This document shows positions 28,632-35,455 of a DNA stretch of 64,000 bases, piece by piece (position 1 is the first letter of the stretch; every line of letters begins with the position of its first letter). The DNA is taken from positions 5,049-69,048 of the forward strand of contig CAVJZR010000001.1 in assembly GCA_963654235.1 (NCBI GenBank), given 5' to 3'. This stretch comes from Bacteroidaceae bacterium. GTDB lineage: Bacteria > Bacteroidota > Bacteroidia > Bacteroidales > Bacteroidaceae. A program made the translations under genes and the position numbers. The notes under the pieces are model-generated. The model made no database searches and was not told where the DNA came from. It saw only the letters and a program-made list of their open reading frames with translations.

Positions 28632-28910
28632 TTAATAACACGTTTTATTGTCGTTGACAGCAGTACACATAGGCGTATTATTGATGCTGGAACATTCCTT
28701 GGCACTATTAATAGCTGAACAAGTATTGTTGTGATTAATGACTGAGCATATATCCTTGTTATTTATAACATCACAATGCTTTGCGTCATTACTTGCCGTA
28801 CACTTATTACCATTATTAATTTGATCATAAAGAGATTCTCCACCTCTTATAGCCAACATATGCTTCTTGGTCAATTCTTCTAATTCTTTTGCGTTGAATA
28901 TTTGCTTCAT
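28632..28910 (-). CDS. RiPP precursor peptide: double-glycine leader + Cys-x3-Asn nonapeptide-repeat core
   Basis: 92 aa. The leader MKQIFNAKELEELTKKHMLAIRGG has hydrophobic residues at -4, -7, -12 and -15. Core Cys at residues 37, 46, 55, 64, 73, 82 and 91 (exact period 9). Asn at Cys+4 in six repeats. Sits immediately upstream of the rSAM/SPASM gene. Confidence 0.8.
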   Translation of the reverse strand: MKQIFNAKELEELTKKHMLAIRGGESLYDQINNGNKCTASNDAKHCDVINNKDICSVINHNNTCSAINSAKECSSINNTPMCTAVNDNKTCY

Positions 28911-28979
28911 AAACTAATGTATCGGTTAACCGCCACCGAAAGCTTTAAATTATTAATAATATAAAGATGTATACTGGTG

Positions 28980-28987
28980 CAAAGTTA
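28980..28987 (-). promoter_or_regulatory. -7 promoter box (TAACTTTG on the minus strand) for the precursor operon
   Basis: Matches the Bacteroidota TAnnTTTG consensus about 70 nt upstream of the precursor ATG. Confidence 0.5.
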
Positions 28988-29015
28988 CGTCTTTTTTCTT
29001 CGTCCCTAAAATTTT

Positions 29016-29108
29016 ATATATCTAAAAACACTTCAAACGCATAATCAGATAACCTACTGTATTCCAACCGTTTAAACGAATATGTTACATTTTTAGATAT
29101 CTAAATGT
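29016..29108. promoter_or_regulatory. Candidate operator: three ATATCTAAA(AA) half-sites, including a near-palindrome centred on GATATC
   Basis: ATATCTAAAAA at 29018-29028. ACATTTTTAGATATCTAAATGT at 29087-29108 is a palindrome apart from 2 extra T. Confidence 0.3.
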
Positions 29109-29125
29109 GACATATTAGAAACTCC

Positions 29126-30691
29126 TTAGAAGTTTTCTATGAATTCTCTTGCCGAACCATCGCTTCTTCCTAATCCTAGTTTAGGTTTTATTAGATACAG
29201 CTTCTGTCTGACAGAACTTTCTTCAATGTGGTAAATCTTCGCTATTCTATGTATAGGTAATCTTAGCCTTATAAGCATAAGAAAACGAATATCTTTTTGT
29301 GTAAGGGAAGGGAAACTCTCTTTAAGTCTTTCTACAAAATGGTTGTCTGTATTATCTAGATAAGCTATAAGTTCGTCCCATTCTTCTGTGTTCAACACAA
29401 TCCGCTTCTCTTCTCCTTCATTCATTCTCTTGCTCTCCGCTTTTAACTTATTCACAACATCTACATTCTTCAAAAGAATATTACGAACGTTTACTATCTG
29501 CGATTCTTTGATTTCTACTTCCTTTTTGCATTTTACCATCTTCTCTTCTGTAGTTCTCTTTCTCACATAAAATAGTCTTAGGACAAGCAACATAACACCC
29601 CATGAAAGTATTAATAGTATACTTATAAAGATTATGACCCCTGAGTGCTCTCTTTGTGTTACGGAAGTCTTTTCTAAAAGGATTTGGCTATCTTTGGTTG
29701 CACGTTCCTTTGTGTATTTCCTATTTATATATAATTCTGTGGAATCAGCATAATCATCTACTTGTTTATAGTTCTTTTCAGACAATGCGATGAATTGTCG
29801 TAATGAGAATAAGATATCACCGTAATCAGCATAATCTTCCTGTTTAATATGAGAGAGCAAAGACTTTGCAGCCCCTAACGAGTCTGCTTGACAAAAAGCA
29901 TTTTCCAAAGACAATAAAGAGATAATATCCTTTGATGGGTTGTATGAGAAGGATTCTTTTGCCATCTTCACGGCAGAACCTTCATTACCACACATTCGAT
30001 AGAACACTGATAGGTGATGAAAAACATCAGAGATGGCAGAAGAATCATTGATTTCTTTAGCATATTCGAGAATGTTTCTCGCCAACAAGATGCTTTTCTC
30101 TCTTTCGCTAGGCTTGGAAGCGTAACATTGAGCTAAGTTCAAGACCATATATACCTTATTAGCATCACGATTGCCTTTGATATGATCATATACATCGCAA
30201 GCTAACTGCGCATAGTTTATTGCTTTATCAGCATCATAACCTCTGAGAACAACTGACGTTTGAACGTAACACTTGCTTTGCGTCAAATAATCGTGGTTTC
30301 GTTTGGCGGCAGTAGCAGAACGACTAAAAAGATTCAGCGCTTTTGAGGTATTACCATTCAAAGCATAGTGCTTGCCCATATAGTACATGCTTTTGGCATA
30401 AAGAGAATCCTCTGACCTATCTTTATAATAAGCATAAGCGACGAGAAGAAGCGAATCGTTGTTGCTTTCTATCCCTAACTTATCTTGAGCCATTGTATAT
30501 ACAAGCGCATACATTGCCATATTGCTATCCGAAAGTCGGGTTTGATCAACTTGGTTTAGCAATGCAATTGCACTATCAGGCTTTTGTTCTACCAAAGATA
30601 ACGCGGCCGAGATGCGTGTGTTGTTTTGAGCACAAGACATTATAACAGCAAGCCCAAGTGCTAAAGCCAACATCTTGTTTAAACTTTTCAT
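29126..30691 (-). CDS. Membrane-anchored regulator: lipoprotein signal, TPR-like domain, one TM helix, C-terminal LuxR/GerE-like HTH
   Basis: 521 aa. LAVIMSC lipobox-like signal, TM VIIFISILLILSWGVMLLVLRLF, C-terminal LTQKDIRFLMLIRLRLPIHRIAKIYHIEESSVRQKLYLIKPKLG. Minus-strand TAATTTTG box at 30720-30727. Confidence 0.7.
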   Translation of the reverse strand: MKSLNKMLALALGLAVIMSCAQNNTRISAALSLVEQKPDSAIALLNQVDQTRLSDSNMAMYALVYTMAQDKLGIESNNDSLLLVAYAYYKDRSEDSLYAKSMYYMGKHYALNGNTSKALNLFSRSATAAKRNHDYLTQSKCYVQTSVVLRGYDADKAINYAQLACDVYDHIKGNRDANKVYMVLNLAQCYASKPSEREKSILLARNILEYAKEINDSSAISDVFHHLSVFYRMCGNEGSAVKMAKESFSYNPSKDIISLLSLENAFCQADSLGAAKSLLSHIKQEDYADYGDILFSLRQFIALSEKNYKQVDDYADSTELYINRKYTKERATKDSQILLEKTSVTQREHSGVIIFISILLILSWGVMLLVLRLFYVRKRTTEEKMVKCKKEVEIKESQIVNVRNILLKNVDVVNKLKAESKRMNEGEEKRIVLNTEEWDELIAYLDNTDNHFVERLKESFPSLTQKDIRFLMLIRLRLPIHRIAKIYHIEESSVRQKLYLIKPKLGLGRSDGSAREFIENF

Positions 30692-30910
30692 CTTATATTT
30701 TTTCTTGGATACGCTGCTGCAAAATTACATCTAAAATCTTAATTATTCTCATTTCGTTTCTGTTTTTTAGATTCTTTCGTTTTAAAAACGCACCTCGATT
30801 CGGGACAAGAATGCCTTGAAGCCTCCTAGCAAGAGCATTATACGTCTGCGGCACTTATTCTTTCGAGTGTTCATATCATCATTCTCACCCTCTGAAAGCG
30901 CCCGATGCTA

Positions 30911-30982
30911 AACAAAAAATAAATTGATTTTTGCTGAGAAATAATTTATTTTCTTTCAGAAATCAATTTATTTTTCTCTGCC
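30911..30982 (-). repeat. Triple AAATAAATT-box element, copy S2 (reverse orientation)
   Basis: The reverse complement aligns box for box with S3 (47431-47507). Confidence 0.7.
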
Positions 30983-31202
30983 ATACCTACCCTTCTATCT
31001 CTTCATATACCTCATTTTGGAATACAACTTAGCGTATCCGTCACTTTCTTCGAAGGAAGCCTGAACGTACTATGTCCTTGTTTGGCAATGCGGTAATGCC
31101 TTTCAAAGGGAGTGCGTTTCCCGAACTGGGGTAAACGTAGATTAATCATATCGCTATAATTGGTTACTTAATGCGCTCACTGAAACTTTGTGACAACGCA
31201 AA

Positions 31203-33749
31203 CTAGATTGAACAACTGATTTTACAAAGTATTGCACGCGGGCGAAGCGTATTGATGGTAAACGTCCGAAGATAGTCACTTATTACTGTTCGTTCATAAT
31301 GGATTGTTCCAAAAACATTGGTGCATGAAAGCCCCAGTTCATAGCTTTTGGTACGATAGCTTACGTTTACATCACAGAAATAATTGTTACTGATCGTTGC
31401 GTCATTGCTATGGTAATATTCATTTCTCCATTCTATTTGCCATTTGCCTGGCATGAAGATCACGTCAACGGAATGGCAGAAATAGTTCAAGGCAGAACGG
31501 CTGATAGCTTGATCGGGAGATTTCTGAACAATATTGTTCCATCTGCTTTTCCCTTCTACGGATAGCCATGTGCTCGGATGCCACAATAGTTCCAACCCCA
31601 TATAGCCTTTGCGTTGTTTCATCAGCGTTTTATTTCCGCTTATCATAAGGTAGTACTGATACCAACTGATGTTACCTGTTAGAGCTAACGATAGCTTTCC
31701 CCAACCTATCGACTTAGCAATTCGACCGTTAAGGATGTAAGAGCTGGTATTACCTTCGTTCGTCGTCGCTCTTCTAACGTAGATTCCATCCATATACGAA
31801 CTGCTATAAAGTATATTGTTGCTAGAACGGTTATAAGAGAAAGACGTACTAGCAGAAAAGCCATGAACAGGATTGGTATATTGCCAATTGTTGCTCACAA
31901 GATGAACGTTTGAACTTACAAGTCGTCCAAGCCCCTCCACCAATGTAATATAATCAGTATAGATGGGTGACGACGAAATGGCATCCAACGAACCGGGACT
32001 CCATATATAAAGGTAATCAAGATGCGTTTTGAGATATGGACTTAAGCTATACTCCAACGACACTGTTGGTTCAAAAGCTATGTGTTGTTTGTTGGCTTCA
32101 TTGAAACATCTGCTATTCCAACTTAGTTTTGCTATGGCGCTTAAGCTAAGCAATCTTGACTTATAGGAAAATGATGGACTGGCATAAAGTTTCAGCAAGC
32201 TATATCTGTCTTTGTTACTAGTATAATGGTTTTCTATGCCTTGATGATAGTTGTCATATTCTTCGCCAATGGTCCATGCGATGTAAGATCTAGCAACCTT
32301 ATGTCTAAAATACGCAGACGTTTTCACAGATAGGTGATGAATTCCAAGATATTCCCCACTTCCATTCATCAATAGGACGTAGCCCGGAAGGAAGCTGTAC
32401 CTTAACTTGGTGTTAAAGGAAACACTATGCCCACCATAAAGATTTCTGATAAGCCGAAGGGTGTTAGCAATATATCGTTTTCTTGGTTCTACGTCTTGTT
32501 TTACATCTGAGCCATTCAGCAAGGTTGCTCCTCGTGAGTAGTTAAAGTCCATGTATCCTTTAAGACTATTGCTCAGATATGTTTTATCCGAGTTCAACTT
32601 ATAAAGCAGTTCGCCTTTCCATTCATTGCGTTTGCTGAATGCATTTCTGCTTTCAGAGATCATCGCTCCGTCCGATGTGGCATCTAGGAAAGTAGTCTGT
32701 CTGAACATATTCTGTTGAGTCTTATCTAAGAGTCCATCTAGTTGAAATCGAAGGTCAGCATTATCGGTTGGTTTGAAAAGCCAGTTGGTTGCAAAAACAC
32801 GCGAATCATTGAATGCGTACCTTTTCATCTCTAGCGATGGCGCTTGAATGATGATAGAGCTAAGACGTTCTCCGTCATCGGTCATCAAGTCGTTAGCTGA
32901 CAAATCGGTTATTTCATGTCCGATGTCCTTACCCGTGTTATTGGTCTTATACATGCTTATGCTTTGGCGTTTATGAGCAAAAAGCATGGCCATAAGTCTT
33001 GCATCACGAAGCCATTCGCCTTTGCCTTGCAACGTATGTCCACCTGCGACATCAAGCACCCCTTGCCAAACATTCTTAGCATCGTCTTTCAACACAATAT
33101 TCAATGCGGCTTGATCACTAAAACTAACATCACGCAGCGCGCGTACTGGTTGATGATTATTAAGCACTTGTACCTTACTCACTTTGGTAGCATCGATATT
33201 TTCGCTTGCTAAAGAGTATTTGCCGCCTAGCAAGTCCATGCCTTCAATATAGAATTTGTTTATCGGTTGATCATTGACAACAATCTGCCCGCTCGGTCTC
33301 ACTTCGACACCTGGTATTTTGGAAAGCACATCAGCAATACTACGATCTTGCTTCTGCATATACGCTGAGACAAGATAAGTAACCGTGTCACCCTCTATCT
33401 TTGCCCTGTCTGGCATGACCTTTACTTCCTTTAACTCGAATGCTTTTTCATGAAGAATGTATGTAGCGCCTTCTTTGAATTTATCCAAAGGCAATGTAAT
33501 ATCCGCATAGCCCATCTTCCGAAGCCGAATAGATTGTGTCTGCTTCTTTTCTGGACAAACCACCATGAAGCTTCCGTCTTGTTTGCTTTGCGCATAAGCT
33601 ACAGGACAATTGTTGTAAAGCAAGGCTATCGTTACACCCGAAAGAGCATTGCCTATCGTATCTACAATGACGCCACGATATCTTTGCGCAGAGCTAAGGG
33701 TGACTCCGAGCACATTTAAGAAAAATACGATGGCAAATAATCTTCTCAT
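31203..33749 (-). CDS. Outer-membrane beta-barrel protein, TonB-dependent-receptor-like (second copy of the CarboxypepD_reg/plug/barrel architecture)
   Basis: Start set at MRRLFAIVFFLNVLGV (signal peptide); the ORF extends to 33782. YRGVIVDTIGNALSGVTIAL N-domain and a plug-like region (SIADVLSKIPGVEV...FYIEGMDLLGGKY). Confidence 0.7.
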   Translation of the reverse strand: MRRLFAIVFFLNVLGVTLSSAQRYRGVIVDTIGNALSGVTIALLYNNCPVAYAQSKQDGSFMVVCPEKKQTQSIRLRKMGYADITLPLDKFKEGATYILHEKAFELKEVKVMPDRAKIEGDTVTYLVSAYMQKQDRSIADVLSKIPGVEVRPSGQIVVNDQPINKFYIEGMDLLGGKYSLASENIDATKVSKVQVLNNHQPVRALRDVSFSDQAALNIVLKDDAKNVWQGVLDVAGGHTLQGKGEWLRDARLMAMLFAHKRQSISMYKTNNTGKDIGHEITDLSANDLMTDDGERLSSIIIQAPSLEMKRYAFNDSRVFATNWLFKPTDNADLRFQLDGLLDKTQQNMFRQTTFLDATSDGAMISESRNAFSKRNEWKGELLYKLNSDKTYLSNSLKGYMDFNYSRGATLLNGSDVKQDVEPRKRYIANTLRLIRNLYGGHSVSFNTKLRYSFLPGYVLLMNGSGEYLGIHHLSVKTSAYFRHKVARSYIAWTIGEEYDNYHQGIENHYTSNKDRYSLLKLYASPSFSYKSRLLSLSAIAKLSWNSRCFNEANKQHIAFEPTVSLEYSLSPYLKTHLDYLYIWSPGSLDAISSSPIYTDYITLVEGLGRLVSSNVHLVSNNWQYTNPVHGFSASTSFSYNRSSNNILYSSSYMDGIYVRRATTNEGNTSSYILNGRIAKSIGWGKLSLALTGNISWYQYYLMISGNKTLMKQRKGYMGLELLWHPSTWLSVEGKSRWNNIVQKSPDQAISRSALNYFCHSVDVIFMPGKWQIEWRNEYYHSNDATISNNYFCDVNVSYRTKSYELGLSCTNVFGTIHYERTVISDYLRTFTINTLRPRAILCKISCSI

Positions 33750-33760
33750 GCAGTAAGCGT

Positions 33761-34564
33761 TTATGGTTTCTCTATAAGGCACGCTTCCTTATTTCGAGGC
33801 GATTTGCGGTTTCCTTGAGCATCATACGTAGTGCCACGAAATCCCCAAACTCGTTGCATAGCTGCATCCTCGTCTTTAGCCTCAAGGGTAAGAAGGTTGG
33901 CAAGCTGTTTAGCATCACAATGCTTGTATTCTTTCTTTATCGGTTCGAACGTGCTACGCTTGTTGTTACCTTCTATCCCAATAGCGTCAAAGACAAAGTC
34001 CCCTTCTATATCCTTCGCATAAAGAATAAGTCCTGGCAAACCACATAGCTTCCAAGGCCCGTCATCAATAGCTATATCTGGCGTATAGTAAACTATCCAT
34101 GTACGTCCTCGATACGTCGTTTCTGCTTTATAAGCAGCATATCCCAATATAATGGTATCGCTATCTATCAAACGCCATTCAAACTGTGGCATTGGTTCTT
34201 CGTACTTAAAATCATCCCATACCTTGCTGATGTAAGTAAGTGTGCCAGTAGAAGGATAGTTTTTAAACACCTCGATATTAGTGTTCTGCCGTAGTAAATC
34301 CATCTTTTTAAGAACGCTTATAACGTCATAACCGCTATAACCTAAGCGTAACAGACTATCCTTAACTACCTCTCCACGATAATTATCTAGACAATAAAAA
34401 CAAGAAACATCGTCTGAAATATCAAGAACGTTAGTACAAACCATTGGGCTCGCATCGTTTTTGTATTTATGGAAAGTAGTGCTGTACGTCACGCTTATCC
34501 CCCAACATACATTGTAGGAGAAAAGAATCATAAAGAGGAATAATATATTAATTATCTTTGGCAT
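33761..34564 (-). CDS. GLPGLI family protein
   Basis: 267 aa with a signal peptide. Contains the family-defining motif (WKLCGLPGLILYA). Confidence 0.8.
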   Translation of the reverse strand: MPKIINILFLFMILFSYNVCWGISVTYSTTFHKYKNDASPMVCTNVLDISDDVSCFYCLDNYRGEVVKDSLLRLGYSGYDVISVLKKMDLLRQNTNIEVFKNYPSTGTLTYISKVWDDFKYEEPMPQFEWRLIDSDTIILGYAAYKAETTYRGRTWIVYYTPDIAIDDGPWKLCGLPGLILYAKDIEGDFVFDAIGIEGNNKRSTFEPIKKEYKHCDAKQLANLLTLEAKDEDAAMQRVWGFRGTTYDAQGNRKSPRNKEACLIEKP

Positions 34565-34635
34565 ATGCTAATTGAATAAAAGCATTCCACGTTCGTCACG
34601 TTTTTACAAGAGACAAACGTGGAATGCATTCTTAT

Positions 34636-34851
34636 TTAGAACATTCCATATTCTGGATGTTCAGAATACCAAGCCTGATAGATACTAATAATCTGTTCGT
34701 TTGTAAGTACACAATCAAACACTATGTAATCTCCATTTTCAAACACTACCACAGTTCTTTGCGGCTCATCTCTATTGGTAGCATTAGCCGTTGAAAAAGG
34801 ATTGCCCAAAAGTGCTAATGCTAAACCAAGTGTTAATATAAATCTTTTCAT
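34636..34851 (-). CDS. Small secreted hypothetical protein (72 aa from the MKRFILTLGLALALLG start)
   Basis: Clear signal peptide at the internal Met; the longer listed ORF (to 34929) overlaps the upstream gene. Confidence 0.4.
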   Translation of the reverse strand: MKRFILTLGLALALLGNPFSTANATNRDEPQRTVVVFENGDYIVFDCVLTNEQIISIYQAWYSEHPEYGMF

Positions 34852-34909
34852 TGTTTTAACTTTTTTAAAAATGTAATTGTTATAGCGTTGTGCACTTCGC
34901 TTGTTTTGT

Positions 34910-35284
34910 TCATAAGTCCAAACAACCATAGTAGTTGATGTTTTCTTTGTTTACTTGTACATAATACCTACCTTTAAACAAGGTTGGCAAAACAACATAT
35001 TCTTGAGAAACATCAACGTCTAAAGAGCAGACGACTTCTCCCTCGGTAGTTACAATCTCTAGATGACTTGGTTTCAACGTTTCATTAAGCCAAATCCGTT
35101 CACCATCATAATACACATATGCATCATTTGCGTTGGGCATCCGTTGAAGTGGCTTGCTAGACTTTGTATCATCGACGTAATAAGTACGCATTACTATTAC
35201 GTAAATGTCACCATTCTGTCTAGTTTGGGCTTGTAATAGGAAGATTGGTGCAAATAGTATAACCAACAATACTTTCCTTATCAT
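34910..35284 (-). CDS. Small secreted protein; the C-terminal part resembles a T9SS-CTD/DUF3244-type beta-sandwich (tentative)
   Basis: 124 aa. Signal peptide MIRKVLLVILFAPIFLLQAQ. C-terminal LPTLFKGRYYVQVNKENINYYGCLDL. Minus-strand TATTTTTG box about 35 nt upstream. Confidence 0.45.
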   Translation of the reverse strand: MIRKVLLVILFAPIFLLQAQTRQNGDIYVIVMRTYYVDDTKSSKPLQRMPNANDAYVYYDGERIWLNETLKPSHLEIVTTEGEVVCSLDVDVSQEYVVLPTLFKGRYYVQVNKENINYYGCLDL

Positions 35285-35455
35285 CCTTTTATCTTTATCA
35301 TTATATGTTATTATATTGCAAAAATAAAGATAAAAGATTAAGCGGTAAACTTTAATGAGTACACTTAGTACACTTTACGCAAAAGAAGAGTTCTACTTCT
35401 TGTCAGCAAATCCGTGTATCTTAGACAACTAACTCTAGAAATACACATTGTACAC

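Noticed and set aside
31203-34564. Interpreting the OMP + adjacent gene as a SusC/SusD polysaccharide utilisation pair
   Set aside because: The partner carries the GLPGLI motif and is only 267 aa, not a SusD-like TPR lipoprotein. No glycoside hydrolases are nearby.
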